Below are positions 19,994 through 30,734 of a stretch of 64,000 nt of DNA, in pieces (positions within the stretch are counted from its first letter, which is position 1; every line of letters starts with the position of its first letter). A program made the position numbers and the translations under genes. Location: the NCBI GenBank assembly GCA_963823665.1, contig CAWGMQ010000008.1, positions 64,001-128,000 of the forward strand. The letters are read 5' to 3'. Under the pieces are notes generated by a model, which saw only the letters and a program-made list of their open reading frames with translations, had not been told where the DNA came from and did not search any database. The DNA comes from an uncultured Planctomycetota bacterium. GTDB lineage: Bacteria; Planctomycetota; Planctomycetia; Isosphaerales; Isosphaeraceae.

Positions 19994-22900
19994 ATGCGCG
20001 ACGACCCGGGCACGCGGCGGGACGCGGAATGGGCGTCGACCGAGAATCCCGGGGTCAGCCGGGCCGAGCTGGGGTCAACCTTCGAGCACCGTGCTGAGGC
20101 ACTGCCGCGGGCGGCGGAGCGGCTGATCTGCCCGTCTTGCCATCACACGCTCGATGCAGAAGAGCTGCCCCGCGGCAGCGTTCATTGCGAGAAATGCGGC
20201 GCCAGCTTTCGGGTCGAGAGAGTCGCGCATGCGTCGACGATCGATGAGATTCGCGTCATCGGCCGGTTCCAGTTGCTCGATCGCGTCGGCCAGGGCTCGT
20301 TCGGAACTGTCTGGCGGGCGCGGGATCAAGAGCTCGAGCGCGTCGTCGCAGTGAAAGTCCCCCACTCGCATGCGCTCGAATCCGGACTGGACGCCGAGCG
20401 CGTGGGCCGGGAAGCACGAATCGCCGCGCAGCTCCGCCACCCGGGAATCGTGCGCCTGTACGAAATGGTGACGGTTGAGGGTCTGCCTGTCCTGGTGTCG
20501 GATTTCATCGAAGGTTTGCCGCTTAAAGACTTGCTTAAAATTCGACGGCTCGCCTTCAACGAGAGTGCCCTTCTCGTCGCGCAGATCGCCGAAGCGCTGG
20601 ACCACGCGCACGAGAGCGGTCTGGTCCACCGCGACATCAAGCCAGCGAACATCATGATGGAGTATCGCCGTGGCGGCGACACGGGAACTGCACCCAACGC
20701 GGAACATCGCTCGAGTGAGCTGGGCAAGCCGATCATCGTCGATTTCGGTCTGGCGCTTCGCCCGGAGACAGACATCATCATGACGGTGGAAGGCCAGCTT
20801 GTCGGCACTCCGGCGTACATGAGCCCTGAGCAGGCCGCGGGAAAAGGTCACGATGTCGACCGCCGCAGTGATATTTACAGCCTTGGCGTCGTGCTTTATG
20901 AGCTTCTCTCAGGTGAGCTTCCGTTTCGCGGCACCAAGATGATGGTTCTTCATCAACTCGAGCACGAGCCGCCCCGGCCGCCGCGCCGGGTCAATGATCG
21001 CATTCCACGCGACCTCGAGACCATTTGCCTGAAGGCGCTCGCGAAGCTTCCTTCCCGGCGGTATGCCACGGCGGGAGAGATGGCTCTTGACCTGCGCCGT
21101 TTCTTGAGGGGCGAGCCGTGCCGGGCACGGCCCGTCGGCAGTCTTGAGCGTGCCTGGTTGTGGGCGCGGCGAAATCCCACTTTGGCCGGGGTCACTTCCC
21201 TCACGTGCGCCGCGCTCGTCGCCGTGGCCGTCTTCGCTCTTCTGCTCGCGCGTGCGGAAACGAAGCACGCTTCCGAGCTTGGCGTACGCCTGGGCGAGAG
21301 CTACCTCGATCAAGGACTCTCCTTGTGCGAAGACGGCGAAGCGGCTCACGGCATGCTGCTCATCGCCAAAGGTCTCGCGGCCATCCCGAATGAAGCCAGG
21401 TCCCTGGGCGGGGTAATGACGACGAACCTGGTCGCCTGGCAGGCGAACCTCGATCCTTTACTGGCCATGGAGCGTCATGGAGGGCGAATCACGGCTGCCG
21501 TCTTCAGCCCCGACGGAACAATGGCCGCGACCGGAAGCTCAGACCACACGGTCCGGTTGTGGCATGGCACGACCGCGCAGCCTCTGGGCGAGCCGATAGA
21601 GTGCATCGACGGGGTGCAATCGTTGGTCTTCAGCCCCGATCGCCGGTCCCTCGCAATCATCCGCCGCCCCGATAAGCTGCTCCTTTGGGACCTGGAAGCC
21701 CATCGTTTCCAGACCGCACCTTCCGAGTATGGGACGGACATCCACTCGATCGCCTACAGTCACAACGGAAAGACCATTGCCGTCCAGGGAGCCGATCATC
21801 GGCTCAGATTCTGGAGTTTGGAAGAACGCCGCCTGCTTCCGCTCGAGGTCGAGCTAACCCATCCCGTCAAGATGCTTGCATTCGCTTCCGATGACAAGAC
21901 GATCCTGACAGCCACCACGGCCGGGAGAATCGAGCGCAGGAATATGAGCGATGGGGCCTCGCGTGGTTCCAGCGCAGTCCACCAAAATCTGCGGTCGGCG
22001 TGCCTGAGCCCGGATGGCCGGTTACTCGCAACGGGAGCCAACGATCGCGCAGCCCGGATATGGGACGGGGCGAGCCTCACGCTTCTTCGCGAGCTGACAC
22101 ACCCGGGCCCGGTGGACGCCATCGCTTTCAGCCCGGATGGCCAGACTGTTCTGACCGGTTGCGAAGACAAGGTCGCGCGGGTCTGGAACGCTGGGAGCGG
22201 TGAATTCCTCGGTCAGGCTGCAATTCACCAGCAAACCGTGAGCGCAGTCGCGCTCAGTCCAGACGGAAGCCGAATTCTGACGGGCGGCGACGACGGCGCG
22301 ATTCAGCTCCGCGAGTGCAAGCTCGGCGGATCGCAGGCTCTGGAGGTGCCGCATCGTTCCAGTGTCGGCTTGGTGAAGATCAGCCCCGACGGCCGCGTCG
22401 CGGTCACGGGCACGAAGTCGCAAAGAATCAGCGACGGTGAAGTTCTCTTGTGGGATACCTCAAACGGTAAGGCGCTCGGTCGCGTCAGCCTCGGCGGCGT
22501 TGTCATCGGGATTGCGTTCAGCCCCGACGGCAAAACAGTTGCGACTGCCAGTGCGGACCGGACCGCACTGCTCGTGGATGTCGCCTCGGGCAAGCCGCTC
22601 TGCCCGCCGATGAAACATCCCGCCTGGGTGAGCGCGGTTGCCTTCAATCCGCAGGGAACTCAGCTCGTCACAGGCTGCGACGACGGGGTGGCGCGGTTGT
22701 GGGAAGTCCCCACGGGCCGTGATTTGAATCGGAAGTTCGCCCACGACGAACCGATCATTTCGCTCGCGTTGAGCCCCGATGGTGCCCTCCTTGTAACAGC
22801 CGGGTCCGAGGGTACCGCGCGCCTGTGGAACGTCGCCAACGCAAGGCAGCTTCATGTTTTCCCACATCGGGCGCAAGTCAACAAAGTTGCATTCAGCCCG

Positions 22901-23500
22901 GATGGCAAGACGGTGTTGACAGCCAGCAAGGACGGTACGGCCCGCCTCTGGGAGGTGGCAAGCGGGCAGCCGCTGGGAACGCCCATGGTCCATGACGATG
23001 AAGTGAACTGTGCGGCCTTCAGTCCCAGGGGCGAAACGATCTTGACTGGAAGCAAAGACAAGACCGCGCAGTTGTGGCTCGCGCGCACGACATCTCGTCT
23101 GGGACCGGCGCTTCCGCACCAGGGTCCCGTGCGTGGCGTGGCTTACAGCCCCGATCTCTCGACGGTCGCAACGGCGAGCGACGATTCGACAGCCCGGTTA
23201 TGGGATATCGCCACGGGCAGGCCGCTGGGGCCGAGCCTGCGCCATCGCAGCATCGTGACCGATCTCGAATTCACGCCGGACGGCCGCCGCTTGATCACCG
23301 CAAGCTGGGACCGTTCGGCTCGAATCTGGAACCTGCCGCAGAAGCTCCCCGCCACCGGACAAAACTGGACCTTGTGGGTCCAGACGCTCTGCGGAATCGA
23401 GCTTTCAGACAACGGTGCGGTTCGGGTGCTGACCCCGGAACAGTGGCGCAGCCGTTCTCGCGAGCTAGAGACTCTCGGTGGCCCGCCTGTCCACCGATGA
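19994..23500 (+). CDS. Ser/Thr protein kinase with N-terminal Zn ribbon, TM helix and WD40 repeats
   Basis: CPSC...CEKC; GQGSFGTV, HRDIKPAN, DFG, GTPAYMSPE; many FSPDG...WD repeats. Confidence 0.93.
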   Translation: MRDDPGTRRDAEWASTENPGVSRAELGSTFEHRAEALPRAAERLICPSCHHTLDAEELPRGSVHCEKCGASFRVERVAHASTIDEIRVIGRFQLLDRVGQGSFGTVWRARDQELERVVAVKVPHSHALESGLDAERVGREARIAAQLRHPGIVRLYEMVTVEGLPVLVSDFIEGLPLKDLLKIRRLAFNESALLVAQIAEALDHAHESGLVHRDIKPANIMMEYRRGGDTGTAPNAEHRSSELGKPIIVDFGLALRPETDIIMTVEGQLVGTPAYMSPEQAAGKGHDVDRRSDIYSLGVVLYELLSGELPFRGTKMMVLHQLEHEPPRPPRRVNDRIPRDLETICLKALAKLPSRRYATAGEMALDLRRFLRGEPCRARPVGSLERAWLWARRNPTLAGVTSLTCAALVAVAVFALLLARAETKHASELGVRLGESYLDQGLSLCEDGEAAHGMLLIAKGLAAIPNEARSLGGVMTTNLVAWQANLDPLLAMERHGGRITAAVFSPDGTMAATGSSDHTVRLWHGTTAQPLGEPIECIDGVQSLVFSPDRRSLAIIRRPDKLLLWDLEAHRFQTAPSEYGTDIHSIAYSHNGKTIAVQGADHRLRFWSLEERRLLPLEVELTHPVKMLAFASDDKTILTATTAGRIERRNMSDGASRGSSAVHQNLRSACLSPDGRLLATGANDRAARIWDGASLTLLRELTHPGPVDAIAFSPDGQTVLTGCEDKVARVWNAGSGEFLGQAAIHQQTVSAVALSPDGSRILTGGDDGAIQLRECKLGGSQALEVPHRSSVGLVKISPDGRVAVTGTKSQRISDGEVLLWDTSNGKALGRVSLGGVVIGIAFSPDGKTVATASADRTALLVDVASGKPLCPPMKHPAWVSAVAFNPQGTQLVTGCDDGVARLWEVPTGRDLNRKFAHDEPIISLALSPDGALLVTAGSEGTARLWNVANARQLHVFPHRAQVNKVAFSPDGKTVLTASKDGTARLWEVASGQPLGTPMVHDDEVNCAAFSPRGETILTGSKDKTAQLWLARTTSRLGPALPHQGPVRGVAYSPDLSTVATASDDSTARLWDIATGRPLGPSLRHRSIVTDLEFTPDGRRLITASWDRSARIWNLPQKLPATGQNWTLWVQTLCGIELSDNGAVRVLTPEQWRSRSRELETLGGPPVHR

Positions 23501-23517
23501 TGAGTCAAATCTGACGA

Positions 23518-23546
23518 TTGACCACGAATCCCGGCGCTCTTAGAAT
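23518..23546 (+). promoter_or_regulatory. Sigma70-type promoter for the second kinase
   Basis: TTGACC-17 nt-TAGAAT in the intergenic gap. Confidence 0.55.
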
Positions 23547-23661
23547 GATCGTTGCAGTGGATGTTCAGAGACTCATATCGCCGCAACCGCGGGAGCTGGC
23601 GCATGGCAGTGGCAAACACGATTCCGCCAGGGTCACCGCTTGACTGTAGCGGCCAAGAGCC

Positions 23662-26600
23662 GTGAACGATCCGTGGCGTCTGAGCGGCGATCAGGCATCT
23701 ACAGACGCGCATCAGCCTGCGGGCGGGCCTGGTCCAATCGATGCCGGAATGCACCTGACCGGGACCTTTGAGGCCCGATCGGAAACCCGCTCGTCCGAGC
23801 GCTTGATTTGCCCATCCTGTCAGCATACGGTGGCCTCGAGCGGGCTGCACAGCGGCAGTGTTCATTGCGACAACTGCGGCAACTCGTTCCGGCTGGAGCG
23901 AGTCGTTCTCGGATCAACGATCGACGAGATACGCGTCGTGGGACGGTTTCAACTGCTCGATCGAGTCGGTCAGGGCTCGTTCGGCACGGTGTGGCGGGCG
24001 CGCGATACTCAGCTCGATCGCTTCGTCGCGGTGAAAATCCCGCATCACCACGCGATCGAGTCGGTTCAAGATACCGAGCGCCTGGAGCGCGAAGCGCGAG
24101 TCGCCGCTCAGCTCCGTCACGCCGGGATCGTGCGGCTTTACGAGATCCTGACGGTCGACGACCTGCCGGTGCTGGTCTCCGACTTCATCGAAGGTATCAC
24201 CCTCAAGGAGCTGCTCCAGATCCGGCGGCTGACCTTTCGTGAGACGGCTGATCTGGTCGCGCAGATCGCCGATGCTCTGGACCACGCTCACGAGCGCGGG
24301 CTTGTGCATCGCGATGTCAAGCCTGCCAACATCATGATGGAATACCCGACCGCGCCGGCCGGCGGCCTCAAGACGGATCCCGCTGCGGCCGGGGGAAAAG
24401 GCTCGTCGAGGCTCGGGCGCCCCATCGTGGTTGACTTCGGTCTAGCGCTTCGCCCCGAGGCCGATGTCGTCATGACGATCGACGGCCAGATCGTGGGCAC
24501 TCCCGCCTACATGAGTCCCGAGCAGGCCGCTGGAAACGCGCATCACGTCGACCGCCGCAGCGATATCTACAGCCTGGGCGTTGTGCTCTACCAGCTTCTG
24601 TGCGGCGAGCTCCCCTTTCGCGGATCGAAGGTGATGCTCATTCACCAGCTCTTGAATGAGGACCCGCGCCCGCCCCGGCGGTTGAACGACCGCATTCCGC
24701 GTGATCTCGAGACGATCTGTCTCAAGGCCATCGCCAAGCTGCCTTCGCGCCGATACGGCTCGGCAGCGGAGATGGCTGCCGACCTGCGGCGTTACCTGAA
24801 TGGAGAGCCGTGTCGCGCTCGCCCGGTGGGGCGTCTCGAGCGAGCCTGGCTCTGGGCCTCGCGCAACCCCGCCCTGGCCACGTCGTACGCCGCGGCAGCC
24901 GTTCTGCTCGTGGGGATGACGGTTGGCTCACTGTTGTTTGCGGCGCGTGAAAAAACGCATGCCAATGAGCTGGGAGTCGCCCTCGACAAGTCAAACGTGC
25001 TCCTCGCCGAGAACTACCTCGATCGCGGACGGACTCTCTGCGAAGCGGGGGAAGTTGCCCACGGGATATTGCTCATGGCGCGAGGTCTATCGGCGGCTCC
25101 GCTAAACTCGCCGGATCTCGGCCGTGTCGTGCGCGGGAACCTGGCCGGATGGCAGGAAAGGCTCTATCCTTTGCTCGAGATGTGGGCCCAGAGCTCCCAG
25201 CCGGGCGCACGCTATCTCAAGCCCGCCGTTGCCTTCAGCCCGGACGGAAAACTCGTCGCGACCGGGGCCGCCGACGGGAAAGTTCGTTTCTGGAATGCCG
25301 ATGACGCAAGACCGATCGGTACACCGATCAACTGCTCCTCGGAAGTGCGGTCCCTGGTTTTCAGCCCCGACGGCCAAACCCTGGCGATCGCGTGCCGCGA
25401 CGGCAAACCGCGATTCTGGGATATCGACGGCGGCAGTTTCATTCTCGGCGGGATTGACCAGGTTCGGCGAGTTTACTCGATCGTTTACTCACACGACGGC
25501 AAGATGCTGGCTACGGGAGGCGAGGATGGTGATCTGATTCTTTGGGATGCCGCCGGAGGTCGCCGGCTCCGGGTCGTGCGCGTGCGCAACGCGGTGATCA
25601 TCAAGGTTGCGCTGGCCCCGGACGACAAGACCATCACCACGATCACCGTTGACGGGAACATCGATGTCTGGAACGTGAAGGAAGGGGTGAAGCTTGCGCA
25701 CGCCTCCGGGCAGCTCGGCCCGGCCGTCACCTTGAGCCCGGACGGCCGATGGATGGCGACGGGTGGCCCGGCGCTCGCCACGTCATGATCTGGGATGCGA
25801 CAACCTTGAATCCGCATCATTCGCTCGAGTGGAGAGGAATCGTTTACTCCATGGCGTTTAGCCCCGACAGCGAGGCTCTGCTCACGGCAAGCTCGGATAA
25901 GGTCGCGCGTCTCTGGGACGTTCAAAGCGGCGAGAGCATCGGACCGGTCGCCTATCACTCGCAGGTCATCAATGCGGCAGCATTCAGCCCGGACGGAACC
26001 CGGCTCTTCACCGGCAGCGACGACGGCGCGTACCAGCTTCACGGCATGACCAGAGCCCGATCGCGATGCCTGGAGATCCCGCACCGTGCGGAAGTCGACG
26101 TTGTCGGCTTCAGCCCGGACGGTCGCACCGCGCTCTCGGGCACCAAGCCGTTTAACCAGCCAGGCGACGTTCAGCTCTGGGACATCTTCACCGGCAAGCC
26201 CCTGGCAACGGTTGCTCATCAGTCCATGATCTTGGCCGCCAAATTCAGCCCGGCCGGCAGAACCGTCGCAACCGCAAGCGCCGACCAGACCGCAAACCTT
26301 CTTGATGTTGCGTCGGGCAAGCTGCTCTGTCCGAGCCTGAAACACGAAGGGTGGGTGTATGCCGTCGCCTTCAGTCCAGATGGGAGCCGGCTCTTGACCG
26401 GGTGTGACGACGGCGTCGCACGCCTGTGGGAAGTTCCTACGGGTCGCTACCTCGATCGGAGTTTCGCGCACAAGGAAGGCGTCGCCGCGCTCGCCTTCAG
26501 CCCGGATGGAGCGCTCGTGGCTACGGCAAGCTCGGATAAGACCGCCGCGCTATGGGAGGCCTCCAGCGGACGCCAGCTTCACGTTTTACGCCATCGAGAA

Positions 26601-27284
26601 TTCGTCCGATGTTTAGTTTTCAGCCCAGACGGCCGCACATTACTGACCTCCAGTCTCGACCGGACAGCGAGGATCTGGGATGTGAGCTCAGGTCAGCCGC
26701 TCGGCACGCCGCTGCGGCATCAGGATGAAGTCGTTCGCGCGGCTTTCAGCCCGGACGGCAAGACCATCGTCACCGCCAGCAGGGACCACACGGCCCAGCT
26801 CTGGCGCGCGTCCACGACCGAGCCACTCGGTGCCCCGCTCGTCCACCAGGGCCCGGTCCACGACGTGGCTTTCACTCCGGACGGCGCTTCCGTCGCCACG
26901 GCCAGCGAAGATGGAACCTGTCGGATCTGGGACGTCGCCACCTGCCGCGCGCTGGCACCACCCCTGCGTCACCGCGACTCGGTAACCAAGCTCGCCGTGA
27001 GCCCCGACGGCCGCCGCCTCATTACCGGCAGCCGGGACAAGACTGCCCGCATCTGGGTATTGCCGGAGCGGCTTGACGGCTCTTCGCAGCGCATATCAGT
27101 TTGGATCCAGACTCTCTGCGGCATGGAGCTGGCCGCCAACGAGGCACTCGGGCTGCTGAATCCCGAAGAGTGGAAGAAACGCTGCCGGCAGCTCGAAGCT
27201 CTCGGCGGCCCACCCATCTCCGAGCGATCATCAAGAGGAGCGACCAGCGCAAGTGTCCCTGTCGAGCAATTCCACACCGATTGA
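23662..27284 (+). CDS. Tandem paralogous Zn-ribbon Ser/Thr kinase-WD40 protein (frameshift near 25770)
   Basis: Same architecture and long shared peptides with 19994-23500 (ERLICPSC, STIDEIRV.GRFQLLDRVGQGSFGTVWRARD, QTLCG.EL). Confidence 0.9.
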
Positions 27285-28023
27285 GATCTCACGGGTTCCG
27301 CTCGCCGCGATTCTCGGCCTGCGCGACCTTTACCGCCAGGAAATGAACTGCCAGATTGTGCACGATTCCTTACATGCGCGCCATTTCTTGGATTCGTATT
27401 TGATCCGCGTGGGCGGCCAGGTTGCGGGCCACGGCTCCGTCATGAGCGGCGACTCCGAAACCCGCGACATGATCAAGGAGTTCTACGTCCTGCCAACTTA
27501 TCGAGCGATGGCTCTGCCGATTTTTCGCCGGCTGGTGGCGGTGACCGGGGCAAAGCTGATCGAGGCCCAGACCAACGACGTGCTCCTCAGCTTGATGCTC
27601 TTTGACTGCGCCGGAGGCATCACCAGCGAGACCATACTCTTTCGAGATGCGGTCGCCACCAATCTGGAGATGCCCGGAGTCGTGTTTCGAAAGGTTGAGG
27701 AGGCGGACCGTGACAATATCTTCCCCCACAAGCTGGAAGGCGTCGGCGACTGGCTGCTTGAAGCCGGCGGAGCACTCGTGGCCACCGGCGGCATCTATCT
27801 TCATTACAACGTTCCCTACGGCGACATCTCGATGGAGGTCGATGAGCAGTACTGGCGGCTCGGCTATGGGAGCTATCTCGTACAAGAGCTGAAACGCATC
27901 GGCTACGAGATGGGCAGGATTCCCGCCGCGAGATGCAGCGTGACGAACGCAGCCTCCCGAGCTACCCTGCAGAAAGCGGGGTTTCTGCCGTGTGCGCGAA
28001 TTCTACGTGGTGTGGTTGCGTAG
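27253..28023 (+). CDS. GNAT family N-acetyltransferase
   Basis: MEVDEQYWRLGYGSYLV (motif A), NAASRATLQKAGF (motif B). Confidence 0.85.
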   Translation: MSLSSNSTPIEISRVPLAAILGLRDLYRQEMNCQIVHDSLHARHFLDSYLIRVGGQVAGHGSVMSGDSETRDMIKEFYVLPTYRAMALPIFRRLVAVTGAKLIEAQTNDVLLSLMLFDCAGGITSETILFRDAVATNLEMPGVVFRKVEEADRDNIFPHKLEGVGDWLLEAGGALVATGGIYLHYNVPYGDISMEVDEQYWRLGYGSYLVQELKRIGYEMGRIPAARCSVTNAASRATLQKAGFLPCARILRGVVA

Positions 28024-30670
28024 GCTGCACGTCGCTCCTGCGGTCCAACGTTCTCTTCGCCAGCGCAACGACCACGATGCTCACCAGCACGAAGTCCACA
28101 TTCCACGACAGCGCCCATGAAACCGTTTCCCAATTCACTACCCTATTTCGGCGCATGTTGAGCAGAAGACCGCCGAAGGAACCTGGAAAGCTCGCCAGTG
28201 CCAATCCCCAGGGAAATGTCGGATACGCCAGCAAAAGGTAGAGAATCGGCCAGCCGATGGTCACACAAACGAATACGCACACGCTTCCGGCGATCGCTTG
28301 TGCACGGCGTCTGATCCAGATTCCCAGAGCGAGTCCAAGGCTGACGAAGGCCGCACCGTGGACCAGAATCGTGAACACAGCCAGGAGGGCCGTGCCCAGA
28401 TATCTCCAGATCGGCGGACTCGGCATCACCGGCGCTGCCGCGGCGATCTCGTCATCGGTGGCGAATCGGAACGTGCTGGTGGCGGAAGCGTCAATCGTCT
28501 CCACGTAGGTTGTGCCGTTGCCATGCGTTTCGATCTTCTCAGTAACGCCCCCTGCAAGCGTTGTGACCTTTGGCGTGACATGAACGGGCGCACGTGCCGT
28601 TGCCAGCGCGAGCGCGAAGAGGGCCGGGCCAATGGAAAGCACCAGAACCAGGCGAAAATTCTGCCACCATCGTCTCGTAAAAGTCGATCGATCGATCAGG
28701 GCCGCACCAGTCTCCACGGCCCGTACGTCAGATGCGTCCCGTTGAAGGATCGATAACGGCGCAATTGCAGACAGAAGAATGAAGCCGCCGGTCACCAGGA
28801 CGCAAAAGGCCAATGTCGCGGTATCCTCCAAACTCCACTCGCCGAATCCCCTGATCCAGAGTGTGATTGCCCCGAAGAGCCCGCCGGCCCCGATCACGGC
28901 CGCCAGCACCAGAATGACGTCCGAGAGCACTGGCGTTTCCCGTGGCCGGTCGGGAATGCGTCCGAAGCTTTTATCAAAGGTGCGTACGGTGAGCCACAAG
29001 AGGCCGACGGCCATCACCATGCACTCGATGCCCCAGAACGCGATCCACCAGAAATTCTGGCGATCGTAGTAAAAACGTGTCATCAGAGTGGAGTACAGGT
29101 CCAGGGCAGCAACGATCGGGCTGAGGCACGCCATTCCCTGGCCGGGCATACCCATACGGCTGGCAACGATAAGGATCGGCCAACCAGCACTGATCATCAC
29201 GGCGAGTGCCACACTGGTGGCGATCGCGCGGCCTTGTCGCTTGATCCACGTGGCTAGCCCCAAGCCGATGCTCGCGAGAAGTGCGCCATGAACGAACACC
29301 GTCGCGACCAGCAGAGCCGCATCGAAGAGCAACGCTGCGCGGGGCAATTTCATGTAGTAATCAGGCAGCGATCTCACAGGCACGGGCAAGCTCGTGGTCC
29401 TGTGGTGGGCCGTGGCTAACGCCAGAGCCATGAACCCTGGCCCGATCGCCAGTAACAGAACCAGACGAAGATTTCCCAGCCATTTTCCAACAACGATTGC
29501 GCGGGTCGAAAGCGTGGTCGTCGCCAGGAGATCGAGGCTGCCCCGCGCGCGCTCTTCAGACAACGACATCGGCGCCATTGCTGCGCACATCAAGAGCCCG
29601 AAAATCAAGAGCAGAATGCTTCCGGCAATCCCCGCGAGCGGCCCCGAAGACCGACTCATCATGTCGACGCCGTACGCCCAGACGCTCACGGCGCCGATCA
29701 AGCACGCGATACCGGTCGAGCCGCCGATCAGTAAAATCAAAACCATCAGCCACGGAGTGGGGCGCGAACGATGCCATTCGCGCCAGAGCACGGGATTACC
29801 GTCGAGTGAGGGACCGGGAAGCCATCGCGTCAATCGAGCTAGCACGCCGAACGCGGGCGCCTTTCGATCGTCCAGGTTGCCGCGGCGCGCGACGGGCCGC
29901 ATCCGCCACACCGCCAGAAGGATAAACAGCGCCGAAGCCACGAGCGCGATCGCGAAGAAGCCGGCATAGTCCCAGAAGCCGATCTGGCTCGGTGCGGAAT
30001 AGGGGGCAAATGCGAGGTAGTACGGATTCGCGACGAGACTCCAGGGGGCCGGAGGGCTGACCCACCGGCCGCGCGAAAGGGCGAACCAGATCGGCCATAA
30101 CATCAGAACGAGAATCCAGAACGTGTAGGCAACGAGCACGACCTCGTGGGGCTTTCTGGCCCATACTGACAATGCCAGAGCCATCGCGCAGCCGAGCAGG
30201 GCGACACTCAGGATGATCGCGAATGCAAGCGTCAACGCCGTCGGATCGATTCCGCCCAGAAGTGAGCAGATCGCCAGGACCGGCCAGGTACATGCCACCA
30301 GCCCGAGGATCGGCAACAGCCGCGCGGCCAGCTTGCCCAGCACGATCTCCGGGTCGGTGAGGTCGGTCACCAGCATGTGGGTAAGCGTCCCGCGTGCACG
30401 GTCCACGCAGATCGCCCCCGCGGTCGCGGCCGGAGCCGCCAGCATCACCAGGGTCAGCTCCACGCCGATGATCGCGTAGAAGTAGGCCTCGCCCAGTGCG
30501 GCATATTCCTGCCAAGCGCGCGTCGGGGCCACCGAGCCTCGGGTCACTGCGATCGATGCGATCGCCACCAGCAAGATGGCCACGCCCGCCGCGCGAACGG
30601 CATAGGTCTGCCACCGCCGCGAATTGGCCAGGCACTCGTAAATGAAGACTGGACTTAATCCCCAACGCAT
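27962..30670 (-). CDS. Large ABC-2-type transporter permease (planctomycete family)
   Basis: AGAICVDRARGTLTHMLVTDLTDPEIVLGKL, NPVLWREW, EERARGSLDLL; start placed by alignment with its paralog. Confidence 0.85.
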   Translation of the reverse strand: MRWGLSPVFIYECLANSRRWQTYAVRAAGVAILLVAIASIAVTRGSVAPTRAWQEYAALGEAYFYAIIGVELTLVMLAAPAATAGAICVDRARGTLTHMLVTDLTDPEIVLGKLAARLLPILGLVACTWPVLAICSLLGGIDPTALTLAFAIILSVALLGCAMALALSVWARKPHEVVLVAYTFWILVLMLWPIWFALSRGRWVSPPAPWSLVANPYYLAFAPYSAPSQIGFWDYAGFFAIALVASALFILLAVWRMRPVARRGNLDDRKAPAFGVLARLTRWLPGPSLDGNPVLWREWHRSRPTPWLMVLILLIGGSTGIACLIGAVSVWAYGVDMMSRSSGPLAGIAGSILLLIFGLLMCAAMAPMSLSEERARGSLDLLATTTLSTRAIVVGKWLGNLRLVLLLAIGPGFMALALATAHHRTTSLPVPVRSLPDYYMKLPRAALLFDAALLVATVFVHGALLASIGLGLATWIKRQGRAIATSVALAVMISAGWPILIVASRMGMPGQGMACLSPIVAALDLYSTLMTRFYYDRQNFWWIAFWGIECMVMAVGLLWLTVRTFDKSFGRIPDRPRETPVLSDVILVLAAVIGAGGLFGAITLWIRGFGEWSLEDTATLAFCVLVTGGFILLSAIAPLSILQRDASDVRAVETGAALIDRSTFTRRWWQNFRLVLVLSIGPALFALALATARAPVHVTPKVTTLAGGVTEKIETHGNGTTYVETIDASATSTFRFATDDEIAAAAPVMPSPPIWRYLGTALLAVFTILVHGAAFVSLGLALGIWIRRRAQAIAGSVCVFVCVTIGWPILYLLLAYPTFPWGLALASFPGSFGGLLLNMRRNRVVNWETVSWALSWNVDFVLVSIVVVALAKRTLDRRSDVQPTQPHHVEFAHTAETPLSAG

Positions 30671-30734
30671 GGCTCGTTCCGTGTCAGGATTCTGTTTCAG
30701 CGATGGCTCTGGCAATCTTCCGCCGGCTCCCGAG

